Below are positions 26,816 through 36,058 of a DNA stretch of 64,000 nt, in pieces (position 1 is the stretch's first letter; each line of letters starts with the position of its first letter). Origin of the DNA: a virus (Duplodnaviria > Caudoviricetes); the IMG/VR virus record IMGVR_UViG_3300025735_000294, positions 25,860 to 89,859 of that record. One strand, written 5' to 3'. Position numbers and translations under genes: made by a program. The notes beneath the pieces were generated by a model. The model saw only the letters and a list, made by a program, of their open reading frames with translations. It was not told where the DNA came from and made no database searches.

Positions 26816-26889
26816 GGCCCTTTAGCTCAGTTGGTTAGAGCAATCGACTCATAATCGACAGGTCGCTGGTTCAAGTCCAGCAAGGGCCA
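26816..26889 (+). tRNA. trnI: tRNA-Ile2 (CAT anticodon; ileX/P1 trnI-like); CCA not encoded
   Basis: Full cloverleaf GGCCCTT...CTCATAA...GCTGG-TTCAAGT-CCAGC-AAGGGCC-A, followed by TCA. Confidence 0.92.
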
Positions 26890-27053
26890 TCACCTCTCTC
26901 TACTGTTTTCAAATCACATCATCCCGCTGGTGGGCGTGCACCTCTCATAGAACACATACTCACTGATACCAAATCTAAACATAAACTTTTATGCAGTTAT
27001 TAAACGTTTCCTAACTACCTACAATACCGGCAGTGTTGGTTTTTGGAGTTGTT

Positions 27054-27734
27054 ATGAGACGGATAACAAGCATGCACATTGCTGACTTAATGCTGGAAGA
27101 AAATCGCTATATGTCGATTCCAGAGATTATGGCCCTCGCTAAGCAACGACACCCTGACCTCGACATCACCCGTTGCCAGGTAACAAACATCACGAAGAGT
27201 TTTGTTAACTCAAAGTATGCATCCTGCGACTTCAAAAACGACAGATATCCAAGGCTCTACAAGCTCTACTACCTCCACAATTACACCTTCAAACCGAGGG
27301 ATGGCATTGCCAGCTCCCACCGCCGGTTCACAAAATCAGAGCTCATATGCAGCCTAGAAGTTTCTGCTTTAATGCTCCGGGAACGTCGATTCTTGACTAT
27401 CACTGAACTGACGAAAATTGCGAAAAAAGAGTACCCGAGGTTCCGTGTAGAGCGCGGGCAGGTCATGAACATAGTGAGAGCCTTCGTTTCATCTAACAAA
27501 GCGCTCTGTGAGGTTGATGCAGATGCATACCCACACAGGTACTTTCTGCGAAGCCTGAACGGGTACAAGTTCAAAGTTCGCAACCGCGATGAGCACTTAG
27601 ACATTCACAATCTTCAAGCGCCTAGCAAAGCCTCCTGTGAGGTTTTAGAGCGGGAGCGACAATTACTCAGCAACTTAGCCAAAAACATCATGGATGATTC
27701 TGCACGCCGTCGTGAGGCAGCTTGTGGCAGATAA
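27054..27734 (+). CDS. lpa: Late promoter activator Lpa-like protein with a tandemly duplicated domain
   Basis: Directly upstream of pacA as in P1; two ~75 aa internal repeats; GGAG RBS. Confidence 0.6.
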   Translation: MRRITSMHIADLMLEENRYMSIPEIMALAKQRHPDLDITRCQVTNITKSFVNSKYASCDFKNDRYPRLYKLYYLHNYTFKPRDGIASSHRRFTKSELICSLEVSALMLRERRFLTITELTKIAKKEYPRFRVERGQVMNIVRAFVSSNKALCEVDADAYPHRYFLRSLNGYKFKVRNRDEHLDIHNLQAPSKASCEVLERERQLLSNLAKNIMDDSARRREAACGR

Positions 27735-29034
27735 GGTTGAATGGGATTGGCACCTTGAGAACTTCATACGCCAGAACAAAGAGCACAAAGTAACCATAGA
27801 GGAATACTGCCGCGCTTATGAACTCACATACAGCACTGGCAGAAAAAAACTCAATAAGAAACGTGCTGCTGCAGGGGATCACTTACCTAAAAGTACCCTT
27901 AAAAAGGGGGATCAAAAGCGAAATGATCCCCCTAAAAAGATCCCCCGTAACTGCAAAGGGGATCATCCAGAAAAAACCAATACGAATAATAGGTTAGATG
28001 ATGGGAAGGGGCGAAAAGGGGTAAGCAAAAGCACTCATTTGCCATCGAGCAGCGTCAAAGTGATCCCTAAAGATGGCGTTGTTCATACCAAAAAGCCACG
28101 AGGCGGTACTAGGTTTGCCAAAGGCAACGAGCTGGGGCTTGTCACAGGCATCGGCGGGACACCGCGAGAGCAGGACGTACAGGCTGCGCTTGAAGCCCTC
28201 AGCCAAGGCGATGATACCTATCTCTTTGAGACGATTTTACGGAATGAATCACACAAGAAGCTTGTCGAAAGGGCGTTTAGTCGCACCGCAGCGCGGTTAG
28301 AAGCTGAAATAGAAGCGATGGCTAAGCCCAAGGCCAAGGAGAAAGACGAAGAGCAACAATTCGGTCCACCTCCAGACATGGTGCTGCTGAAGATGGCACT
28401 CGAAGTCGGTTATTACTTCAATGACCACCAAAGCCGTATCGCTGCTGTCATCCAGGCACGCCAGAAACTCAACTTAGACAAAGACAAGAACCAGGCCAAG
28501 GCCCTGGCAGATCGCCGTAAGCTCAATACCGAAGATTTACGCCTCGAAATGCGCCAGCAAGAGTTGGCCGATAAGCAACATGAGCGCGACCGCACACAGC
28601 AAGCCGTTACTGACGCATTGCGTATGCGTGAGAATGACGAACTGGACGACATTGGAGTAGCGGAATACATCGAGGTCCTGGGGCTTAAGGTTCCGGCGTT
28701 CCTCGCAGCTAGAGCACAAAAAGCACTGGATGGGCTCGAGCCTCCTGTATCGAATGACAGCACTGTTGATGACGATCAGATTGAGCGAGAAGCTGAAGAA
28801 TACCGTCGACGTCGAGATGAATTACCGCAGGTGCTTGAAGAACGCCGAGAAGCAGTTATTGCCATGGTGGAACAGATGGGCCAGGGCGATGTCGATTTGA
28901 CTGGAGAGCGGAAAGCAGGGGAGTTTGAGGATGATGACCCTGATTTAGATTTAGACCCCTCAGCTACCGCCGATATTTACAATGAAGAGCCAGTAGAGAT
29001 CGCCATTGAACCGCCTGATGAAGGCGATGATTAA
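27724..29034 (+). CDS. pacA: Terminase small subunit PacA
   Basis: W..H..NF....TI.EY...Y.L...T.R N-terminal HTH, AE.IE..G.KVP motif and acidic tail as in P1 PacA; GTG with GAGG RBS. Confidence 0.85.
   Translation: MADKVEWDWHLENFIRQNKEHKVTIEEYCRAYELTYSTGRKKLNKKRAAAGDHLPKSTLKKGDQKRNDPPKKIPRNCKGDHPEKTNTNNRLDDGKGRKGVSKSTHLPSSSVKVIPKDGVVHTKKPRGGTRFAKGNELGLVTGIGGTPREQDVQAALEALSQGDDTYLFETILRNESHKKLVERAFSRTAARLEAEIEAMAKPKAKEKDEEQQFGPPPDMVLLKMALEVGYYFNDHQSRIAAVIQARQKLNLDKDKNQAKALADRRKLNTEDLRLEMRQQELADKQHERDRTQQAVTDALRMRENDELDDIGVAEYIEVLGLKVPAFLAARAQKALDGLEPPVSNDSTVDDDQIEREAEEYRRRRDELPQVLEERREAVIAMVEQMGQGDVDLTGERKAGEFEDDDPDLDLDPSATADIYNEEPVEIAIEPPDEGDD
27874..28067. other. Putative pac packaging site (GATCCCC repeats inside pacA)
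   Basis: Five GATC sites in 27877-27964 embedded in GGGGATC/GATCCCC repeats, and a sixth at 28062. Confidence 0.6.
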
Positions 29035-30548
29035 TGGCTTCAGGCAAGCATAAAATAAAATGCATTACTGACGATCCGCGCTGGCGCGAGCTGGCCGTCC
29101 GTTATCGCAAGGATTACATCTCAGCCATCATTTTCTTGTTTGGCATGATGCCTTCCCACCAGCAGGAAGAAATTATTGCCTCTGTGGAGGAGGTGGGTAG
29201 CCGAACAACTGTTACTTCAGGCCACGGTACGGGTAAATCATCTTTAACAGCAATGCTTTTGCTGATTTATATGATTATGTACCCAGACGCCCGCGTCATT
29301 ATCGTTGCCAACAAGATCGGCCAGGTTAAGACCGGTGTATTCAAATATGTGAAGCAGTATTGGGGCAACGCCATTAAGCGCCATGGCTGGCTCCAAAATT
29401 ACTTTGTGCTTACCGACACCATGTTCTATGAGCGCAGCCGTAAAGGGATTTGGGAGGTCCTGTGTAAGGGCTATCGCCTGGGTAATGAAGAAGCATTAGC
29501 CGGTGAGCACGCAAAGCACATCCTTCTGATAGTGGATGAGGCTTCGGGTATCTCAGATAAGGCGCTGAGCATCATGCGCGGCGCATTAACTGAAGAAGAT
29601 AACCGTATGCTCATGCTGTCCCAGCCGACGCGCCCGACCGGTTATTTCTACGATTCTCATCATTCCCTCGCGAAGAATCCTGATAACCCTGAAGGGATTT
29701 GGAACGCTATCGTCCTCAACTCCGAGGAATCTCCTTTTGTCTCCCTTAAGTTCATCCGTGAGAAGCTCCTTGAATATGGCGGCCGTGACTCGCTTGAATA
29801 CATGGTCAAGGTTCTCGGCCAGTTCCCAAGGGAGATCTCCGGGTATCTTCTGGGCCGGGACGAGCTCGACCGTGCGGCACGCCGCCGCGTTCTGCTGGAG
29901 GCAAACTGGGGATGGGTAGCGACCGCTGACGTTGGTAACGGTCGAGATAAATCGGTGCTCAATATTTCGCGAGTATCAGGTGTACGAGGGCTGAAGCGCC
30001 GTGTTGTGTCATTTAAGCTAACAGAAATGCCTGGCACAATGGACCCGCTCGCCTTTGGTGACTACATCTATAACGAATGCTATTCAGGGAAATACCCAAA
30101 CATCACAATTGCGGTCGACAGTGATGGTGTTGGGTATGACACGGCCACTCAGATCATCCGTAGAGGGGGTAGTGTGGTGCGAATTCGCTGGGGTGCTCAC
30201 ATGTTCTCAAAAGAGGATAGGGGCCGTTTCGTTAACCAGCGAGCCTATGCAAACATCATGGCCAGAGATGCTATTAAGTCTGGGCGCATGCGCCCAGATT
30301 CCTCGCAGAAAACCGCAGAGCAGGCGTCAAAGATACCCTACCTCCTCAACGAGGCGGGGCAGATAGCAATGATGAAAAAAGAGATCATGCGACAGAAGCT
30401 TAATATCAAATCACCCGATAGATGGGATACTTTTTGCTTTACGCAGCTGGTGGATTACGTTCCTGCGAATGAAGAGACCGGTTATGATGTTGCCAGCGTT
30501 CGTAATGAAGCGCTGGCTCTTATGGATACGCCAGAATTAGATTTGTAG
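29034..30548 (+). CDS. pacB: Terminase large subunit PacB
   Basis: Walker A SGHGTGKS, Walker B LIVDEASG, nuclease ADVGNGRD and SPDRWD. Confidence 0.95.
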   Translation: MASGKHKIKCITDDPRWRELAVRYRKDYISAIIFLFGMMPSHQQEEIIASVEEVGSRTTVTSGHGTGKSSLTAMLLLIYMIMYPDARVIIVANKIGQVKTGVFKYVKQYWGNAIKRHGWLQNYFVLTDTMFYERSRKGIWEVLCKGYRLGNEEALAGEHAKHILLIVDEASGISDKALSIMRGALTEEDNRMLMLSQPTRPTGYFYDSHHSLAKNPDNPEGIWNAIVLNSEESPFVSLKFIREKLLEYGGRDSLEYMVKVLGQFPREISGYLLGRDELDRAARRRVLLEANWGWVATADVGNGRDKSVLNISRVSGVRGLKRRVVSFKLTEMPGTMDPLAFGDYIYNECYSGKYPNITIAVDSDGVGYDTATQIIRRGGSVVRIRWGAHMFSKEDRGRFVNQRAYANIMARDAIKSGRMRPDSSQKTAEQASKIPYLLNEAGQIAMMKKEIMRQKLNIKSPDRWDTFCFTQLVDYVPANEETGYDVASVRNEALALMDTPELDL

Positions 30549-30553
30549 GTGCC

Positions 30554-31606
30554 TTAGCTATATTTGGCGTTACGAAGAGCTATGGCGAATGTTATGCCAT
30601 ATTTATCTTCGATAGACTTGCCATATTTTGTGCGCATAGCCTCCACCGTTTCCAGAGATGGATCACCGGCAGCAATCTTTACGTCAAACAGAGACATATC
30701 CATACCGTCGAGTAGTTCAAGGCTCTTCTTTCGGGCCTCTATTAGCTGATGAATTTTTTCCTTTGCTTCATCGTTGGCGGCAAGCGCTAAGCGCTCGGCA
30801 TACTTCGCCTCATAGCGTGAACGTCTCATGGTGATTACGCGTTGAATATAAGAGCGAAGCTTGGAATGAGCCTGCTCTCTATCGACATCCTCAACACGAT
30901 ACACCTTCATATCTTCAAGAACTGAACATGGTATTGGCTCTAAATAATCGTATACGGTGCTATATATGCCAGTGTGTTCATTTAATATCTCTATGTCCTT
31001 CGCTTTTAATGACTTAGAGTAAATTAAGATGCCATGCGCTCCGAAACGAGTGCGTTCATTATCGCCATCATGTGAAATAATGTCTAAATATGAATCGGTA
31101 TACCCAGTTCTACGGGCACGAAATTGAGTGCCTTCTGGCATATCAGAAAACCGTTTCTGTTCATTAATAAATACTTCGACTGAATCGGCGACGCCTGGAA
31201 TAGCAGATAGCTTTTTAATCATTCTCTCATAACGTCGAATGATATCTTCACGCATGTAAGTTGTTGTCGAGGTTGCGTCAGTCCTTGTAATTTTTACTAT
31301 CCCTTTGGGATCGTAAAAAATACTCGGCACAGGCGAATACATGCCAACAAGAATGGTCATTCGCTTACTTCGATTCTTTCGTAAATCAGTGCAATAATCT
31401 GCAAATTCCCGCCATTGATTTAAAAGAATTTCGGCTTTAGAAACCACTGCATCATCATTTGTTAATGCTGCTAACCGAAACTCAGTGCCTACGGCGTTAC
31501 GATCCGAATAGATTTTGTACTTTTTTGTTATGTCTGCCCATTCCTTGGCTACGACGAGGAATCGCTTGTAGCGTTCTTCGAAATCCATGTTCGATGCGCC
31601 GATCAT
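30554..31606 (-). CDS. c1: C1-like master repressor
   Basis: Y.PVPSI, FRARRTGY, YDYLEPI.C.....KVYR..DV align with P1 C1; lies between pacB and the lox-type site. Confidence 0.75.
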   Translation of the reverse strand: MIGASNMDFEERYKRFLVVAKEWADITKKYKIYSDRNAVGTEFRLAALTNDDAVVSKAEILLNQWREFADYCTDLRKNRSKRMTILVGMYSPVPSIFYDPKGIVKITRTDATSTTTYMREDIIRRYERMIKKLSAIPGVADSVEVFINEQKRFSDMPEGTQFRARRTGYTDSYLDIISHDGDNERTRFGAHGILIYSKSLKAKDIEILNEHTGIYSTVYDYLEPIPCSVLEDMKVYRVEDVDREQAHSKLRSYIQRVITMRRSRYEAKYAERLALAANDEAKEKIHQLIEARKKSLELLDGMDMSLFDVKIAAGDPSLETVEAMRTKYGKSIEDKYGITFAIALRNAKYS

Positions 31607-31751
31607 TTTTCAACTCCTACATTCACGCAAATCAGTGCGCTAAGAATAGCTTAGATTTATGTTCATAATTATGGTGATTATCTCTTTTAATCTTTTTGCC
31701 TCTAATTGTAAATAGCTGGGGCGGTTACGTAATTGCGCTCAGTAACATTTG

Positions 31752-31775
31752 TTAGATTGTAGATACATAATCTAA
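31752..31775. promoter_or_regulatory. Operator dyad upstream of c1
   Basis: Perfect TTAGATT-N10-AATCTAA. Confidence 0.7.
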
Positions 31776-31873
31776 ACTCATAATGTAATGTTTTGCATGA
31801 GATCGTTTTGCCCTGAGCGCTACAAACCCATAAAAATTTTGTTGGTATGACCAGCATCATTTTACAAATTATT

Positions 31874-31907
31874 ATAACTTTATATAATGTCAGTTATATA
31901 AAGTTAT
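31874..31907 (+). other. rox/lox-like recombination site, 34 bp
   Basis: ATAACTTTATATA-ATGTCAGT-TATATAAAGTTAT: perfect 13-bp inverted repeats with an asymmetric 8-bp spacer, 150 bp upstream of the recombinase. Confidence 0.92.
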
Positions 31908-32057
31908 GTGTGTTACTGTATGCTTGATCAGGTTGACACCGGAGCATTTTCTAAGGGGTGCTCTAACTTTGCAGATTTTAAAAATCTAAGGGTGCGATAG
32001 CGTTTTACGCCCTACTTTTTACGTAGAATCGCCAGTGTATAGGAAGGAAATAATAAC

Positions 32058-33086
32058 ATGGGTGAATTGATTTTGGCGGCAGATTCTCTCTTCCCTGCTG
32101 AACGTAATAGCAGTGAAGCCGAGCAACGCCTCAGGAACTTCCTGCGCGATCGCGAAGCTTACTCCGACAACACCTTTAGAGATTTGGTTAGTGTAATTCG
32201 AATTTACTCAGACTGGTGCCGCCAGCGCGGAGCCGCCTGGTTTCCTGTTGATGATGAGATGGCTCGCATCTACCTCATGGATATGTATGACAGTGGCCTA
32301 GCATCTACAACCGTAGATAAACACTATGCGATGCTTAACATGCTGCTCAAGCAAGCTGGATTGACAACCCTGGCTGAAAGCCAGTCCGTCACTCTCGCAA
32401 TGCGCAAAATCAGGCGAGATGCCGGTACTGGCGGTGAAGAACGTACAGGCCAGGCAATACCGCTCAGACTCGATGACTTACGACTACTGAATGTCCTGCT
32501 TTCGAGGTCCGGCCGGGCGGTTGATCTGCGAAACCTCACATTCCTCTTTGTCGCTTACAACACTTTGCTTCGTATCAGCGAAGTAGGCCGTCTGAGAGTG
32601 CGTGATCTTGAAATTGAAGGTGACAACGTAACGTTAAATGTATCTCATACCAAGACGATCGTCTCGGCTGCAGGTCTTGTAAAAAGTCTCTCTGCTATAA
32701 GCTCCCGTCTTGTCATCGACTGGCTGGATAAATCCGGACTGTCTGATCACCCTGAAGCTATCCTTTTCCCGCCGGTGCGAAAAAACGGAGCCGTGGCCAT
32801 AGTGGAAAAACCAATGAGCACGCCTGCTTTAGAGAAGATCTTTTCCGATGCCTGGCTTGAGTTACGTCGCGAGCCAATGCCAGTAAACAAGGGCAGATAT
32901 GCGACATGGACAGGCCACAGCGCTCGCGTAGGTGCGGCGCAGGATATGTCGGACCATGGCACCACATTGGTAGAGATAATGCGTGAAGGAACCTGGAAAA
33001 CACCGGCAACAGTTATGGGCTACCTCCGCAAAACCAAAGCTAACAAAGGAGCCATGTCGAAGTTGCTCGACGAGAAAGAAACATAG
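32058..33086 (+). CDS. dre: Dre/Cre-type tyrosine recombinase
   Basis: LASTTVDKHYAMLNMLL, ERTGQAIPLR, YNTLLRISE (R), HTKT (K), GHSARVG (HxxR), EGTW (W), MGYLR (Y). Confidence 0.93.
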   Translation: MGELILAADSLFPAERNSSEAEQRLRNFLRDREAYSDNTFRDLVSVIRIYSDWCRQRGAAWFPVDDEMARIYLMDMYDSGLASTTVDKHYAMLNMLLKQAGLTTLAESQSVTLAMRKIRRDAGTGGEERTGQAIPLRLDDLRLLNVLLSRSGRAVDLRNLTFLFVAYNTLLRISEVGRLRVRDLEIEGDNVTLNVSHTKTIVSAAGLVKSLSAISSRLVIDWLDKSGLSDHPEAILFPPVRKNGAVAIVEKPMSTPALEKIFSDAWLELRREPMPVNKGRYATWTGHSARVGAAQDMSDHGTTLVEIMREGTWKTPATVMGYLRKTKANKGAMSKLLDEKET

Positions 33087-33091
33087 TTCAT

Positions 33092-33115
33092 TTAGATTTT
33101 GCATCAGCAATCTAA
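33092..33115. promoter_or_regulatory. Operator dyad upstream of the gene after the recombinase
   Basis: Perfect TTAGATT-N10-AATCTAA. Confidence 0.7.
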
Positions 33116-33151
33116 TGACTGTTAATATTCCTCCGCTCTGGAGGATTTGAA

Positions 33152-33484
33152 TTGAAGAATGGCATTTTAGCTTCAAGGTTTTTTGAGGTCGATGGCCACA
33201 AAGTCACTTTTGCCGCTGGCGTTAAAGCTGGTACGCCTGTAGTAGTTTTCGGCATACATACAAACTTTGAGGCTGTGCCCGTTTTCACTATCGATCGCGA
33301 ATGGTCGTGCCCGAACGCTGCTGAGAAATATGTCTCAAGCGTTACCATTCGTGCTGCCGAGAAAATGCTGGCTTTTTACCGCGCTAATTTCCTTCAAATG
33401 AGCGAACAGGTGAACCGCGCGTTCACCAGAACAGGCTTTATTGCCCCATATACACCGGGGCATCGTTACGGTAAAAAGGGCTAA
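33152..33484 (+). CDS. Hypothetical protein at the P1 c8 position
   Basis: 110 aa; GGAGGA RBS with TTG start; follows the recombinase. Confidence 0.6.
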   Translation: MKNGILASRFFEVDGHKVTFAAGVKAGTPVVVFGIHTNFEAVPVFTIDREWSCPNAAEKYVSSVTIRAAEKMLAFYRANFLQMSEQVNRAFTRTGFIAPYTPGHRYGKKG

Positions 33485-34012
33485 TTGACCGTGGACAAAA
33501 TCTTTGAAGAACTGGGCGCTTACTATGCCCCCTATCCTGAATTATCCGACCTTCTCCTCTCAGAAATCGCAACATTGGGCAGTGCATCCAGTCGTGATCT
33601 TCTTTCTCGCTACAAGCCTGTGTATGCCAGGCATAGAGTTGTCCGGGCAATACAAAACCTGATCTCTTTAAAACTTCTCAACTCTGTAGGCTTGAACCTT
33701 TCGCTGAGGATAGAAACGGAACAAGTACAAAAGCTCAAAGCGTACAATTTCACTCAGATTCAGATGCGCATTCTCACTTTCATCCGGCTAAATGGCACGG
33801 TGTATTACAACCCGTTCTACATGCAAACAAGAGCTAACCGTACCCCATTTAATCAGGCCACAAGGAAACTAATAAACCTTAATTTGCTTGAAATGCACAA
33901 AGAATCCACAAAACGCGGTGGCGTTAACCGACACGTTTACTCCTTCAAGACGGTCGATGCACATAAGTCGAATCCTGGCGCCATAATGCTGCATACTAAA
34001 TCTAATGTTTAA
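33485..34012 (+). CDS. Hypothetical winged-helix-like protein
   Basis: 175 aa, coupled to its neighbours; two wHTH-like segments. Confidence 0.5.
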   Translation: MTVDKIFEELGAYYAPYPELSDLLLSEIATLGSASSRDLLSRYKPVYARHRVVRAIQNLISLKLLNSVGLNLSLRIETEQVQKLKAYNFTQIQMRILTFIRLNGTVYYNPFYMQTRANRTPFNQATRKLINLNLLEMHKESTKRGGVNRHVYSFKTVDAHKSNPGAIMLHTKSNV

Positions 34013-34022
34013 ATTTGGAGAT

Positions 34023-34778
34023 GTAATGTCACAAGCAACTTATCAGTTGATTGGTTCGAAACCTGTAACGATCACCCCAGACAATGGCCTCACTCTTGAC
34101 GACATCGAGCGCGTAATTATGACGTTCTTTGGCTTTACTGAAGGTGAATCGACTTTGGCGGGGACCGGCGTTTGGTTAGAAAACGGCAATGTCGCTTATG
34201 TGTCCGTTCATGATAAAAGTATTGTCTCCAGCGAAATGCTGCGCTCGTATGCCGAGAGTCTTGAGGCCACTCCCCTTGATCTCATCAATGACCCGTCATT
34301 TGCCCAAGAGACAATGCGCCGTCTTCACATCACAGTTACTGCGCTACCTTTCATTGAGGGCTCTTTGGTCGGTTTATGGAAGGCAGAACGACTTTCTGTA
34401 TACCGACCATTCGATACCGCGCGAAACGGGGTGATCGTTAACCAGCAGCAGCCACTCGGCAACACCTCCACCAGCATTACACAGGCAATTTTCACACTGG
34501 CTTGCCGAATTCTGGGTATCGGCAAACGCGCATACATCACCTTCCCTAATGGCGCTGAAGGCGAGGCCGCCGAGTTCTATACCGACCCTTCAATGATCCA
34601 GCAGTTTGCCTCGGCCATCGGTAGTTCATTCTTCCCGGCACCAGCGTTAGATCAGTATGCGCTGGTGGACACTCCACAGCAGGCATTGGACGCAGCGGTT
34701 GAAGTGGCCAGAGCACAATGTCGCGCAGCTCTGACGCCGGATAGCAGCGAGAATATATCGGAGCCAGAAGACAATTAG
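34023..34778 (+). CDS. Hypothetical protein (possibly P1 Mat-like)
   Basis: GGAG RBS and ATG; ends at a bidirectional terminator; the Mat call is from position only. Confidence 0.5.
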   Translation, partial: VMSQATYQLIGSKPVTITPDNGLTLDDIERVIMTFFGFTEGESTLAGTGVWLENGNVAYVSVHDKSIVSSEMLRSYAESLEATPLDLINDPSFAQETMRRLHITVTALPFIEGSLVGLWKAERLSVYRPFDTARNGVIVNQQQPLGNTSTSITQAIFTLACRILGIGKRAYITFPNGAEGEAAEFYTDPSMIQQFASAIGSSFFPAPALDQYALVDTPQQALDAAVEVARAQCRAALTPDSSENISEPEDN

Positions 34779-34782
34779 ATAT

Positions 34783-34813
34783 AAGAAACCCGCCAGTTGG
34801 CGGGTTTTTTTTA
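34783..34813. terminator. Bidirectional terminator
   Basis: AAGAAACCCGCC-AGTT-GGCGGGTTTTTTTT. Confidence 0.8.
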
Positions 34814-34833
34814 TGCGCGGAATATGGCCTCAG

Positions 34834-35826
34834 TCAATTCTCAAACTTAATCACTCCGTGCTCGATGGCAAAATCAAAGAGTTTGTTAGCGATCAGGTAT
34901 AGCTTTTTGCCCTGCTTTTGTTCCCAACCTTTAATGTCGGCGTCGACTTCGCGACTGCATTTATCGCATAGCGGGACCAGGTAGCGATCATGTTCACGCA
35001 AACTTCGATGCCGATAAAGATAAGGTGTCGCTACAGCGCCCCCACACCCCTCACATGGACGAGATGAAACAAAGCGACGATAAGATACACTTCGCCCCGT
35101 TAAAAGCTTAGGACGGCGCATATAGAGCAACCCTGAGTCCTCTTCCACGCCGATTCGAGCGATCTCACCTTCATACTTCTGAAGTAACTGCCCATCACTG
35201 GCGCTCCATACGATATCCGACTCCTTAAGCGTGCCTGCAGGTACTGGCTCCTTTTCCCGGCACAGAGCTATGCGCCCAGCATCCGCTGGTAATAAATGGG
35301 CCAGGCCACGTCCGATTGCCCACCAGCAAACTTCAATGACGCTAATATCCTTTCCATATGGTAGCCGCAGCTCCGTAGCGATCGTGTCCAGTATCCAGTT
35401 AACCCTGTTCATAAGGAGAACGTTCGCCAGGTCTTCGCGAGTCCGAAGCATGTAGTGATTGTCGTGATACCAGCACAGCTTTACCGCACTCTCACCATAG
35501 GCAGTGATAGCAAATTTGTTGTCATGGTCGCCGCCGTCAGGTGCCTGACAGCATCCGACGCTTCTATTCAGCCAGGCCTTTAACCCATCAAGTCCACCAG
35601 CAGCTTCACTAACCTCGGAACATGCAAAAAACGGTCGCATCATCTCGCTACCCGCCAGAGTGAAATCGGAATGAATTACGCCATCCGCTAACCCTGATTG
35701 TTCACGTTGCAAAGGCTCCATTACAAAGCGCTTATGGCTTGCTATCAGGCGGGATGTGTCTACATCCACGTTGAATATAGCCACCCCTGTGTTCCCTTGT
35801 GCGTAAGGGCTAACGATGATTTTCAT
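34834..35826 (-). CDS. DUF968-family protein (P1 PdcB-like)
   Basis: CQ...H...F......V.LCW..DN, EVCWW, GTLKESDI, C..C....D.Y..PLC..C; the HNH-like histidines look degenerate. Confidence 0.75.
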   Translation of the reverse strand: MKIIVSPYAQGNTGVAIFNVDVDTSRLIASHKRFVMEPLQREQSGLADGVIHSDFTLAGSEMMRPFFACSEVSEAAGGLDGLKAWLNRSVGCCQAPDGGDHDNKFAITAYGESAVKLCWYHDNHYMLRTREDLANVLLMNRVNWILDTIATELRLPYGKDISVIEVCWWAIGRGLAHLLPADAGRIALCREKEPVPAGTLKESDIVWSASDGQLLQKYEGEIARIGVEEDSGLLYMRRPKLLTGRSVSYRRFVSSRPCEGCGGAVATPYLYRHRSLREHDRYLVPLCDKCSREVDADIKGWEQKQGKKLYLIANKLFDFAIEHGVIKFEN

Positions 35827-36058
35827 GCTTGTTCCGTAGAATGTTTGTCCTCTGATGAGAGGCTAACAATGGCAAAATCAACTAACAAGCAATTCCAATA
35901 GAAAAGCATTAGATTAATGATCTAAATCAGTTGTAAGTTATTGATATGAAAAAGACACGCAAATCAAGTGGAGAAAAGTCTTAAGTCTCTAATAATATTA
36001 TAGAAAAAAGGTGTGCTTAAGCTAAATAAGCCGATTAAAATGATGTTTCATTAACCAA

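Noticed and set aside
25926-26825. ORFs 25926-26282, 26029-26223, 26501-26785 and 26595-26825
   Set aside because: They overlap structured RNA modules, lack RBSs and have implausible composition
24945-26900. CRISPR array as the explanation of the repeated ACCGGGAGGCACCCGGCACC units
   Set aside because: Only two exact copies, about 700 bp apart; irregular spacing; no cas genes; the structure fits tRNA/C4-like modules
26911-26931. Ninth late promoter at AAATCACA upstream of lpa
   Set aside because: The hexamer at the fixed spacing is GCTGGT, which is not -10-like
31607-31870. coi (C1 inactivator) gene expected upstream of c1
   Set aside because: No ORF of suitable length was found on the minus strand
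31916-31931. LexA-like box CTGTATGCTTGATCAG between the rox-like site and the recombinase
   Set aside because: The right half-site is poor and the nearby TTGACA has no matching -10; it could be chance
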